Of a DNA stretch of 56,131 nucleotides, positions 19,401-26,876 are shown one piece after another. The DNA comes from an uncultured archaeon. Its GTDB lineage: Archaea; Thermoplasmatota; Penumbrarchaeia; JASLWR01. Positions within the stretch are counted from its first letter, which is position 1; every line of letters starts with the position of its first letter. Both the position numbers and the translations under genes were made by a program. The notes under the pieces were generated by a model. It was not told where the DNA came from. It searched no databases and was given only the letters and a program-made list of their open reading frames with translations. Where the stretch lies: the NCBI GenBank assembly GCA_964342815.1, contig CAYFHS010000014.1, forward strand, positions 1-56,131. Reading direction: 5' to 3'.

Positions 19401-19969
19401 TCGATATACCGAAGACAGCAGCGGATGAAGGAAAGGCTGGGATTCCCGAAGCAGATGGAGATGATGGGGGGATCGATATACCGAAGACAGCAGCGGATGA
19501 AGGAAAGGCTGGGATTCCCGAAGCAGATGGAGATGATGGGGGGATCGGTATACCGAAGACAGCAGCGGATGAAGGAAAGGCCGGGATTCCCGAAGCAAAA
19601 GGAGAAGATGGGGGGATCGGTATACCCGAGACAGCAGCTGATGGCGCGGTGGAAATTCCTGAGGCTGGTGACCGGGAAGAGGGATTTGCAATACCGAGGT
19701 CTGATGCAGATGAAGGTGGAGTGGGGATTCCTGAAATTGATGGTGAAGAGAACAATGTCGTCGCACCTGGGATGGAAGTAGATCAAAGTAAAGTAGATAT
19801 TCCAAAAACGAAAAAAACCGAGACGAATGGAAACGATAACACTAAGGGTATTCCCACTGAAGATGTTGAAAACAGCGGGACCCGCATTCCCTTGGCGGAT
19901 GAAGAAAAAAGTGGACGAAAGCTCACACCGGATAAGCCTGGCAAGAAATTGAAAAAACAGATAATATGA
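16430..19969 (+). CDS. Large alpha-helical repeat protein (apolipoprotein- or tape-measure-like) with acidic 12/24-aa repeat tail
   Basis: About 850 aa of amphipathic E/K/I/L-rich helix with few Pro and no TM segment; TTG start with AAGGGGA upstream; N-terminal CNCVAC; C-terminal GIP repeats. Confidence 0.75.
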   Translation: MVCNCVACQMGQRALGEVEKANAAAIKAVSQLEEGTNGIIDQAQMKLSEFNQNVLKMKNDLIRDMDTAMETLEENIKKIGPEIKERGRNALEEAFSHMESFPQMFEEKLTGAKDEILAGIKKQVKILSNTASEKIKIMRGDEEESKERIISAFNETIGIFNSKLEKAVDDIAGHIGDISINMNEKFDTAYKGKQNYEKASAELESVKTDLRSTFLQATEKLSKDVQTTITNIETQVESTVNETFERFIGLIDEMPAKVEKSISGISDTVNAVLIETLDEASRLAKELISDAKDRLGDTIKEIGDTIDLMINEGLDLIKELRNEFVEALDALAQQIEDFIEISLNDIRSGAHSILNCVENEVEKGIEAARQAVNETVLEMGKKINQQIEKVKNDLTREAEKHSRQIRLMGEEAYWEAEEAFINAGYKEDKSVIPDIRSKGEEVIAEIQKTMDGQSDKLVREFQAQADLFLPTITAQGEKLVSDASGAGIKVTAECVRIGTTLASDISSKSIEFTDSFRKLSDSISGTIDGKGTEYIEMCSTDMQAAADEINRSGEDFIEKALDATTALIVKINERFGKLAGELQRDVQELIEKLVKPLRDAIKDTKSSFDDLNDSLSGTAGNLSTEYMETIQEFSVQMKSIIEEEMEKIRDGSMDALEGVHMLRDDVAGKIKEQGGTIIDEIKSGYENALEIGEKLEEIRTKVSVSADGLESQVVQNREKIEVSVNNLIDGANSDGLDALNITLKNLRNEAENVVEGLPLEQSAGILKDKFRDKTEEIKAAKDEFLEIGNEAKAKMEEVSAKSNEVTMSASKTGAESAKAALSEAGNAGGAIKEAGGGIREKLNEAVMAVQAAGEVGKAGMEAARSAAQPGAGKRQASDSGGSTDRDSMEAGGDAEKSEHDRADDGEMGIPDEDRDEAGMGVSEVKTDIGETGIPEAEGEDGGIGIQKTAADEGKAGIPEADGDDGGIGIQKTAADEGKAGIPEADRDDGGIDIPKTAADEGKAGIPEADGDDGGIDIPKTAADEGKAGIPEADGDDGGIGIPKTAADEGKAGIPEAKGEDGGIGIPETAADGAVEIPEAGDREEGFAIPRSDADEGGVGIPEIDGEENNVVAPGMEVDQSKVDIPKTKKTETNGNDNTKGIPTEDVENSGTRIPLADEEKSGRKLTPDKPGKKLKKQII
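19223..19654 (+). repeat. Coding tandem repeat: six 72-bp units (GIPEADGDDGGIGIxKTAADEGKA)
   Basis: Units start at 19223, 19295, 19367, 19439, 19511 and 19583; degenerate copies flank them. Confidence 0.95.
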
Positions 19970-20030
19970 ATGGATTAGAGAAAAGTAATTCAGAAAAAAA
20001 CCGAGTCTTTCTCATCATGAACACTCCCTT

Positions 20031-22118
20031 TCAGACCACCGATGGTATTTTCTTGAACGAAACAATCCGCAGACCGCAAATGGTGCTCCTGTGTTCTGGT
20101 GGGCGGGAATTGCGTATCGCGAGGCTGCAGTTCATGGCAGACGTATCCCAGCAGCCGCCCCGAATCACCTTGAACGATTCGGTGAGATGGCCCGGGGGAT
20201 CCTCCGCCGGAGAATGGGCATAATAACCTTCGTCATACCCATCATGGCACCACTCCCATACGTTACCGTGAATATCGTAGAGTCCCCAGAGATTCGGTTC
20301 CTTGCTAGCCACGGGATGTGTTTTATTGTGCGAATTCAGAGTGTACCAGGCGAAGTTGTCCAATAATGCAAATACACCGTCGAAACAGTAATTTCCGGTA
20401 CTACCCGCTCTCGCCGCATACTCCCATTCGGCCTCTGTGGCCAGACGATAATCATGTTCAGGGGAAATGCTGTTCAACCTGCTTATGAAAACCTGACTGT
20501 CATCCCAGGAAACCGACTCCACCGGACAGTCCGGCCTCGTTTTTTTCTTCAGGAATCCGAACTTGAAGAGCTTTCCGTCCTTGTAATAGCTGGGATTTTC
20601 GAGCATCACTTTCTCCCACTGGGCCTGGGTCACGGGAGCAAATCCCATGTAGAAGGGTCTAGTAATCCGGACCCTGTGGATGGGTTGTGAATCCTTCCAA
20701 TCCTTTGAACCCATGTTGAACTGGCCGGGTGGAATCAGAATGAAGGACATACCAAGGCGGTTCTGGATCCTTATAGGGAGCTTGAGTCGAGCTGACCAAA
20801 TGGCCTGCCTCTTCACCGCATTATCAATTGTCACCATTCCGTAATACTCATTCCACTCCTCCTCCTTTTCCAATATCCTTTTTTCTCTGTCCAGCTTCTT
20901 CCTTTTTTCCTTGATATAATCATTGAGCCGTTCCTTCTCGAATATCAGTTCCCGGTTGTAGCAATTCTCGCAGAAAGGATATTTCATCTCCACGACGTAT
21001 CCCTTGTACTCTTTCAACTTGTCGATCCATCCCTCGCACTCCTGGCAGAAATACTTCTTGCATCCTTTGCACCTCAGTTTTCGGTTGCTTGGAGTGATAT
21101 AATTGCCGCATTGGGGGCACTCCTTGTTCGGGTCCTTCTCGTGTGTTATACTTTTAGTAAGAGCGGGTTTTACCTCTTTTTCTATTTTTTTCGCCGCGGG
21201 AATATCTGGTTTTGCTTGCCTTTTTTCTTTCGTCACCTGCTTCAACCGGAACAACATCACGTCCGCGCTTCTCCACCGATCCTCCTTAGCTTTAGCGAGA
21301 GCCCGCATCACAACAGTGTCCAAGGCTTCCGGTACCTCGGAGTTCAGCGAACTGGGAGGTTCAGGTTCCTGGTTGACAACTTTCCCATAGACCTCCGGCA
21401 TGTCCTCTCCTGCAAAAGGATTCTCACCGGTCAACATCTCGTAGAAGGTTACACCGATCTGGAAAATATCGGTCTGCCAGTCGATCTTCCCGTATTTTTT
21501 CTTGTCGAATTGTTCGGGTGCGCTGTAAAAGGCAGTTCCCTTGGTTCCTCTGGTCTTCGAGAGAGACGCTGCGGCCATGAACTTGCCGATCCCCCAATCG
21601 GATATTTTTGGTCGCCCCCCCCTCGTAAAAAGAATATTCTCCGGTTTTAGGTCTCGGTGGACAGTTGCCATTCGATGGGCATAAGAAAGTCCTTCCAGTA
21701 CCTGAAGCATGATATGTGCAGCCTGTCTAACGGACAAGCGGTGCTGTTTCATGAGATTGCGCAGACTCCCGCCGTCCATCAGTTCTATTATGATGTGGGG
21801 AAAAGGCTGATCTCCCGCGGAAAAGAACTTGACAATGTTCGTGTGGTCCAGGTTCTTCCACATCTCGGCCTCTTTTTCGAATTTTGCGAAAACGGTTTCG
21901 TCCACCGTTGAGTCGAACTTCATCTGAGGAACCTTAATAGCAACCTGGCAGTCGTTTGGACCATTTGCAGAATAAACTTCGGCTGTGCCGCCCCTGCCGA
22001 TTAGGCCTGTGATCTCGTAATCCGGGATTACTTTCCTGACCTCGGCGGAGACCGATCTTTTAGGGGGCATGATGCAGAAAGGTACGTAGGAAGCCGATGT
22101 TGTTACTATCTCGTCCAT
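20031..22118 (-). CDS. Ser/Thr protein kinase fused to a 4xCxxC Zn finger, a coiled coil and an FGE-sulfatase (C-type lectin fold) domain
   Basis: IGRGGTAEVY, VAIKVP, HRDLKPENIL, DWG, YSAPEQ; CPQC/CKGC/CQEC/CENC; PVTQAQW, RLATEAEWEYAARAG, LYDIHGNVWEW, VIRGG. Confidence 0.9.
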   Translation of the reverse strand: MDEIVTTSASYVPFCIMPPKRSVSAEVRKVIPDYEITGLIGRGGTAEVYSANGPNDCQVAIKVPQMKFDSTVDETVFAKFEKEAEMWKNLDHTNIVKFFSAGDQPFPHIIIELMDGGSLRNLMKQHRLSVRQAAHIMLQVLEGLSYAHRMATVHRDLKPENILFTRGGRPKISDWGIGKFMAAASLSKTRGTKGTAFYSAPEQFDKKKYGKIDWQTDIFQIGVTFYEMLTGENPFAGEDMPEVYGKVVNQEPEPPSSLNSEVPEALDTVVMRALAKAKEDRWRSADVMLFRLKQVTKEKRQAKPDIPAAKKIEKEVKPALTKSITHEKDPNKECPQCGNYITPSNRKLRCKGCKKYFCQECEGWIDKLKEYKGYVVEMKYPFCENCYNRELIFEKERLNDYIKEKRKKLDREKRILEKEEEWNEYYGMVTIDNAVKRQAIWSARLKLPIRIQNRLGMSFILIPPGQFNMGSKDWKDSQPIHRVRITRPFYMGFAPVTQAQWEKVMLENPSYYKDGKLFKFGFLKKKTRPDCPVESVSWDDSQVFISRLNSISPEHDYRLATEAEWEYAARAGSTGNYCFDGVFALLDNFAWYTLNSHNKTHPVASKEPNLWGLYDIHGNVWEWCHDGYDEGYYAHSPAEDPPGHLTESFKVIRGGCWDTSAMNCSLAIRNSRPPEHRSTICGLRIVSFKKIPSVV

Positions 22119-22263
22119 TTGATCTAACGCTTGAATGGTAAAAGGTGTATAAAAAGATGGTGATTCGACGGTGAAAAATTAATCACAAATTCTACAATAA
22201 TTCTATTTCACTTATGAGCTTTAAAAATCAGGATTGATAAAGACGGATTGGAATTGAACCGTG

Positions 22264-22272
22264 TTTTATATA
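22264..22272 (+). promoter_or_regulatory. Candidate TATA box of the first archaellin
   Basis: TTTTATATA, conserved in both duplicated copies, about 45 bp upstream of the ATG. Confidence 0.5.
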
Positions 22273-22317
22273 TCGTTAATCTACTCTTTTATTCATAATA
22301 GTAGTGGAGATGTGGAT

Positions 22318-22974
22318 ATGGATCGATTTAGAGCAAGAAAAAGAGTAAGGTACAATAAGCGTGGCGAAATGGGCGTTAGCGTTCTTATCGTGTTCATCTC
22401 CATGATACTGGTTGCTGCCGTGGCGGCAACGGTCCTGATAACAACTGCCTTCGAGGTCCAGCAGCAGACCGAACATACGGGCAACATAGCCATTATAGAT
22501 GTATCCACAGGATTCAAGGTTATTAATGTACTGGGCGACAGGTACAATCCTGCCGATGATTGGAATGGAAATCGAAATATCATTGAAATATTAGAGATAA
22601 AAGTAGGTCTATTTGCCGGCAGCTCGGATATCAACGTTTCAGACGTCATCATTGAAGCAAGCAGCAGCAGTAAAGATCTTACAGTCTCCTTTATTGATAC
22701 CGACCAGACTTCTGAATACAACGTAACCGCTTCTGCAACCCAGTTCACTGTTGAACCAGTTAGAGACCTGAGCCCATACAACGAGTCCATTAGTTACTCA
22801 ATGATGACCCCTGGCGATATGGCTATTTTTTATATAGATACCAATGCCACGGGGCTTGGATTATACACACAGACCGGGTTTACGATCAAGATCATTCCAA
22901 AACACGGAGTGTCCACGCAAATATCGTTGACCACGCCATCGGTTTATGGAAATCGATGTATAAATATATCATGA
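22318..22974 (+). CDS. flaB: Archaellin (archaeal flagellin)
   Basis: Class III signal peptide KRG|EMGVSVLIVFISMILVAAVAATVLI; start set at ATG 22318 with GGAGA upstream; C-terminal IKIIPKHG. Confidence 0.88.
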   Translation: MDRFRARKRVRYNKRGEMGVSVLIVFISMILVAAVAATVLITTAFEVQQQTEHTGNIAIIDVSTGFKVINVLGDRYNPADDWNGNRNIIEILEIKVGLFAGSSDINVSDVIIEASSSSKDLTVSFIDTDQTSEYNVTASATQFTVEPVRDLSPYNESISYSMMTPGDMAIFYIDTNATGLGLYTQTGFTIKIIPKHGVSTQISLTTPSVYGNRCINIS

Positions 22975-22996
22975 GAATAACAACTGTCTTTATGAA

Positions 22997-23143
22997 CTAT
23001 CGAATCCCATAATACTCGATCATTCGGTGATATATATCCTCTTTTAAAGGGCGGTCCCTGGGCCTCTCCTTATCAACTCCAAGTGACGAAGCTGCAAGGG
23101 CGTCCCTTGTCAAAAAGTTTGCATTCGGTCGATTATTTTTCAT
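22997..23143 (-). pseudogene. Duplicated 3' remnant of the pfkB gene 23951..25063 (48-codon open frame)
   Basis: Translates to MKNNRPNANFLTRDALAASSLGVDKERPRDRPLKEDIYHRMIEYYGIR*, matching the pfkB C-terminus ...ALAASSLGVEKDGPRDRPLKEDIYHRMIEYYGIR*. Confidence 0.8.
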
Positions 23144-23218
23144 TATTTTCAGGAATTGTCTCATAATTTTTGTATATAAAAATCATTAATGATAAATATG
23201 TTTTGGAATTGAACAGTG

Positions 23219-23227
23219 TTTTATATA
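23219..23227 (+). promoter_or_regulatory. Candidate TATA box of the second archaellin
   Basis: TTTTATATA at the equivalent position in the duplicated copy. Confidence 0.5.
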
Positions 23228-23273
23228 ATGTTAATAGTCCTATCTTATCAATGAAGAAACAGTGAGTGAGATT

Positions 23274-23930
23274 ATGGAGAGACGTAGAGCAAGAGAAATA
23301 ATACGTCGAAATGAACGTGCTGAAATGGGCGTTAGCGTTCTTATAGTGTTCATCTCCATGATTCTTGTTGCCGCCGTGGTCGCAACGGTCCTGATAACAA
23401 CTGCCTTCGAGGTACAGCAGCAGACCGAGCACACGGGTAATATCGCACTCATAGACGTTTCCACCGGATTCAAGGTAATCAACATCAATGGCGACAGGTA
23501 CAATCCGGTCGATGACTGGAATGGAAGGAGGAATCAGATCGAAATCTTGGAGATAAAGGTCGCTCTATATGCCGGCAGCTCGGATATCAACGTTTCAGAC
23601 GTCATAATTGATATCGTCAGCAATCCAGTGGTTGTTACACTCTCCTTTTTAGATACCGATCAGGCCTCGGAATACAATAAAACCGCCACCGCAACCCAGT
23701 TCACTGTCGAACCGATTAGGGACTTGAGCCCTTTCAACGAATCCCTTAGTTTCCCCATGATGACACCCGGTGACATAGCCATATTTTATATAAATGCCAA
23801 TGCTTCGGGGCTCGGTTTAAGGACAACCCATCCATATTCAATAAAGATCCAACCAAAACACGGTGTGGGAACACATATTTCACTGATTACACCACCAGTA
23901 TACAGTAATCGGATCGTAAGATTAACATGA
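23274..23930 (+). CDS. flaB: Archaellin (second paralog)
   Basis: ERA|EMGVSVLIVFISMILVAAVVATVLI; closely similar to 22318..22974. Start is ATG 23274 or GTG 23262. Confidence 0.88.
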   Translation: MERRRAREIIRRNERAEMGVSVLIVFISMILVAAVVATVLITTAFEVQQQTEHTGNIALIDVSTGFKVININGDRYNPVDDWNGRRNQIEILEIKVALYAGSSDINVSDVIIDIVSNPVVVTLSFLDTDQASEYNKTATATQFTVEPIRDLSPFNESLSFPMMTPGDIAIFYINANASGLGLRTTHPYSIKIQPKHGVGTHISLITPPVYSNRIVRLT

Positions 23931-23950
23931 ATAATGGGGCAACGAACGAC

Positions 23951-25063
23951 CTAACGTATCCCATAATACTCGATCATTCGGTGATATATATCTTCTTTTA
24001 ACGGTCTGTCCCGGGGCCCATCCTTTTCAACTCCAAGAGACGAAGCTGCAAGAGCGTACTTTGTCGCAAGGATCGCATCCGGCCTCTTTTTATAGGCTAT
24101 CAGGAATGCCGATGAAAATGTATCTCCCGCACCTGTTGGATTGATCTCGTCCTTTCTTGCCAGTACCGCTCCGATCATCTCTCCGCTTCGTATTCCGTTG
24201 TCATCCACGAAACTGGTGTAAGCTCCGTATGATCCAAGTGTCACAGTGATTATTATACCGGGATTTTCAACTTTAGCCGCCTTTTCAGCCAGAACCTCAA
24301 CGCCCTTCAGCATGTTCTCCCGGAAGCCGTCGCTGTCCGTTGGAAAGCTTAACAAATCAACGTCGGCAAGTATTCCCAGCTCGCCCTCGTTCACTTTTAT
24401 GACACTGACATTTGCGAGTATGCTGTCCAGATCATAGGCCCGTTCGTAAATAACCCTTCTTGGATTGGGCATGTTTACCCATTCCTCCACCTGGTCAGGG
24501 GGCATCCCCTCCCAGTCAGCTTTAGTGGTGTCCTTTGGATCCTTCAGATGCCTGACCGCACCCTGGACATCGATGAACCGTACTGAATCAGGAGCAATCT
24601 CCGCTACCTTTTCAATAAGTTCCACGGGTATTTCATCGATCATGGGCATATAGAGAAATGCTTTCGATTTCTTGTAAATCGAGGGCATCATATCAATATT
24701 GATAAGAGGATTGTCGTCCCAGATCATGCCAATGGTCAATTTCTTCTCGTTGTTTGGATACCACACGCGAAGCAGTGGCATCTTTTCATAATAGAAATCC
24801 ACCCCGGCAATATCTATACTGTCGTTGTTCGCTATATCGTTATAACTCTCGTCCTCCAGGAAATCATCCCCGGCAAAGCTCACGAGGCCGACCCTTTCTC
24901 CCTGGGCGGCTGCAGCGATGGCAGCATAGGCCGCAGGACCGCCGAAATCCTCATTTATCCAGTAATCTTCGTCCGTTTCCCGTTCTATATATATCTGGTC
25001 GTGATTTATCCTACCGAAAATGACCATGGTAGGTATCTTTTTCGAAATTTTCTTCTGTTCCAT
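23951..25063 (-). CDS. PfkB/ribokinase-family kinase
   Basis: DFGGPAAYAA; IKVNEGEL; VTLGSYG; INPTGAGDTFSSAF with the catalytic Asp intact. Confidence 0.88.
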   Translation of the reverse strand: MEQKKISKKIPTMVIFGRINHDQIYIERETDEDYWINEDFGGPAAYAAIAAAAQGERVGLVSFAGDDFLEDESYNDIANNDSIDIAGVDFYYEKMPLLRVWYPNNEKKLTIGMIWDDNPLINIDMMPSIYKKSKAFLYMPMIDEIPVELIEKVAEIAPDSVRFIDVQGAVRHLKDPKDTTKADWEGMPPDQVEEWVNMPNPRRVIYERAYDLDSILANVSVIKVNEGELGILADVDLLSFPTDSDGFRENMLKGVEVLAEKAAKVENPGIIITVTLGSYGAYTSFVDDNGIRSGEMIGAVLARKDEINPTGAGDTFSSAFLIAYKKRPDAILATKYALAASSLGVEKDGPRDRPLKEDIYHRMIEYYGIR

Positions 25064-25192
25064 TTATTTTACACTCCATATTGTCAAATGTGAGAACTTC
25101 GACAAATGAATCGTGAATTGGTAAATTCACTTCACCCTTGGAAATCCGTAGAGTTCTTGCGGGAGTCGATGTTTGCACATTTGATGATGTTC

Positions 25193-25323
25193 GCAGAATC
25201 GAAGCCCTATGTGAGGAGTGCAATACCCCAAGCCAAACTGCGATGCTTGCATCGCTCGTGGGCGCGAGCCCACTCGTTTGGGGTGAAGCCCTTTTCCAAA
25301 GGGCTCGTAGGGACCGATTCCGC
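25193..25323 (+). ncRNA. Candidate structured RNA, family not recognised, strand uncertain
   Basis: Six nested stems found by eye, including GUGGGC-GCGA-GCCCAC (GNRA loop) and GCGAUG-CUUG-CAUCGC; GC-rich island in an AT-richer intergenic gap. Confidence 0.55.
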
Positions 25324-25348
25324 TGAATTAATTAACTTATTATCATTC

Positions 25349-25930
25349 CTAAACTTTATCTTCCGTGAAATCCTCGATGGTCGTCTTGACCTGGAATTTT
25401 TGAACTTCTATGTTGCTTTCCATTAACAGCTCGCTTGATAGATTGTCCATGTATCTATTGACGTATATTATTTTCCTGATACCCGAATTGATCAGTATCT
25501 TCGTGCAGATATTGCAGGGACTCTCTGTCATGTAAATACTGGCACCATTTATGGCAACTCCGAAATAGGCCGCGTTTGCTATTGCATTCTGCTCAGCGTG
25601 AACTCCCCTGCACAATTCGTGCCGCTGCCCCGAGGGGACGTTTTTCTCCTGGCGCACGCAGAATCCCAGCTCAATACAGTCCTTCACACCCTTGGGCGCC
25701 CCGTTATAACCGGTAGATAATATACGCTGGTCCTTCACTATCACAGCCCCAACGCTACGCCTGAGGCAGGTGGTCCGAGTTGCAACCAGAAATGCCATGT
25801 TCATGAAATACGTATCGTAATCGGGTCTGTCATATCTTTCCCGGTATTCCATGATCTCTTCCATGAAGGTCGCGTTCAAATTATTCTTCTGACGGACCGG
25901 AGGAATCATATCGTCTTCGTTATGTACCAT
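25349..25930 (-). CDS. dCMP deaminase / cytidine-deaminase-family Zn enzyme
   Basis: TCLRRSVGAVIV, TGYNG, VHAEQNAI and SPCNIC. Confidence 0.92.
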   Translation of the reverse strand: MVHNEDDMIPPVRQKNNLNATFMEEIMEYRERYDRPDYDTYFMNMAFLVATRTTCLRRSVGAVIVKDQRILSTGYNGAPKGVKDCIELGFCVRQEKNVPSGQRHELCRGVHAEQNAIANAAYFGVAINGASIYMTESPCNICTKILINSGIRKIIYVNRYMDNLSSELLMESNIEVQKFQVKTTIEDFTEDKV

Positions 25931-25941
25931 ATTTGCTCACG

Positions 25942-26865
25942 TCACATTCTCAACATATCCCGAAAGAGGTCATACCTGTGCCATATATCCTCTCGGTCTA
26001 TTTTTAACATCTTATGAATGGAATAATCCATGAGGTTGAACGATGCCGTTACCATGCCGAAAACCAGCGCTTTTTTGTAGATATTATTCAATTTTACAGC
26101 TGCGTCCTCATTGGCGGCGAGGGTTCCCATAAATCCACCTGCTGTGCTGTCACCGCAGCCGGTTGGATCTACGATCAGCATGTCGAGATCATCATAGGCC
26201 GCCATGGGATACATCTCGTCCGAGGTGAATAGAATACCGCCGTGGGCACCCTTCTTTATTACAAGGCGATCAACGTTTCCCTCCATAATGGCTTTCGCCG
26301 CGTTCTTTATTAACCGTTTCCCCGAGAACATCTTTGCCTCGTTGCTGTTCACGAATACGATGTCGGCCATTTCAAACGCTTTTTGTACCCGATCCCTTTT
26401 CGACTCGATCCACATTGCATGCGTATCCAGCGCAACGGTGATTCCCTTTTTCAGCCGGTTCATAATATCTATCTGAATGTCCGGGTCGTTAGCGGAAAGA
26501 TACACGAACTTGCATTCATCTATGAAATCCGGAAGTATTATCTCATCATTACCAACGTTCATGTCGGCAGCATGATAGTATTCGTCGGCAAGCTCTCCAC
26601 CGTACTCGACATCGAAATGAGTGGATTTCCCCTCTATAACTCTCAATCCTGAAGTGTCGATCCCAAGTCTTTTCAGCTCATCCAGTGTCTTCTGCGGAAA
26701 ATTCGTCCCGATATTGGATATCAGATGCACCTTTGTGAAGAATGAGGCTGCCACTGCCGCATATCCACCAGAACCTCCGAATACGTTTCGATATATTTTC
26801 CCGGGAACGCGAATATTATCGATACTCACGCAACCGATTACCGCCAGATCACTCATTTTGCTCAC
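25942..26865 (-). CDS. PfkB-family kinase, probable nucleoside kinase
   Basis: FGGSGGYAA; FVNSNEA; IKKGAHG; VDPTGCGDSTAGGF with the catalytic Asp intact. Confidence 0.88.
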   Translation of the reverse strand: MSKMSDLAVIGCVSIDNIRVPGKIYRNVFGGSGGYAAVAASFFTKVHLISNIGTNFPQKTLDELKRLGIDTSGLRVIEGKSTHFDVEYGGELADEYYHAADMNVGNDEIILPDFIDECKFVYLSANDPDIQIDIMNRLKKGITVALDTHAMWIESKRDRVQKAFEMADIVFVNSNEAKMFSGKRLIKNAAKAIMEGNVDRLVIKKGAHGGILFTSDEMYPMAAYDDLDMLIVDPTGCGDSTAGGFMGTLAANEDAAVKLNNIYKKALVFGMVTASFNLMDYSIHKMLKIDREDIWHRYDLFRDMLRM

Positions 26866-26876
26866 CTATATTCTAG

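Larger units (their letters stand above)
22220..24085. repeat. Diverged ~955-bp tandem duplication (promoter + flaB + 3' end of the convergent pfkB)
   Basis: GGAATTGAAC at 22250/23205, GAAATGGGCGTTAGC at 22366/23322, and a 35-bp identity at 23004/23958, with offsets 954-956. Boundaries are approximate. Confidence 0.85.

Noticed and set aside
18942-19805. Several long repeat-containing ORFs on the - strand and in alternative frames
   Set aside because: They are shadows of the 72-bp coding repeat in 16430..19969.
14883-19969. Intact provirus or complete eCIS locus
   Set aside because: No integrase, att repeats, capsid, terminase, sheath, tube or wedge genes were recognised.
19966-20223. 85-aa ORF overlapping the helical-protein stop (ATGA)
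   Set aside because: About 190 bp of it lie antisense within the well-supported kinase-FGE gene, and it has no motif.
20031-20800. Diversity-generating retroelement target (FGE/C-type lectin domain)
   Set aside because: No reverse transcriptase, and no second near-copy of the 3' end differing at adenines, was seen in the window.
23133-23503. Minus-strand ORFs resembling those at 22276..22790
   Set aside because: The similarity only reflects antisense reading of the duplicated flaB genes.
25193-25323. 5S rRNA, tRNA, SRP RNA, RNase P RNA, or TPP/FMN riboswitch
   Set aside because: The diagnostic conserved motifs (CCGAAC, TTCRA, GGAAG-GAGCA, GAGGAAAGUCC, CUGAGA) were not found on either strand.
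25011-25426. Short ORFs spanning the pfkB/dCMP-deaminase gap
   Set aside because: No motifs, and they conflict with each other; RNA structure explains the region better.
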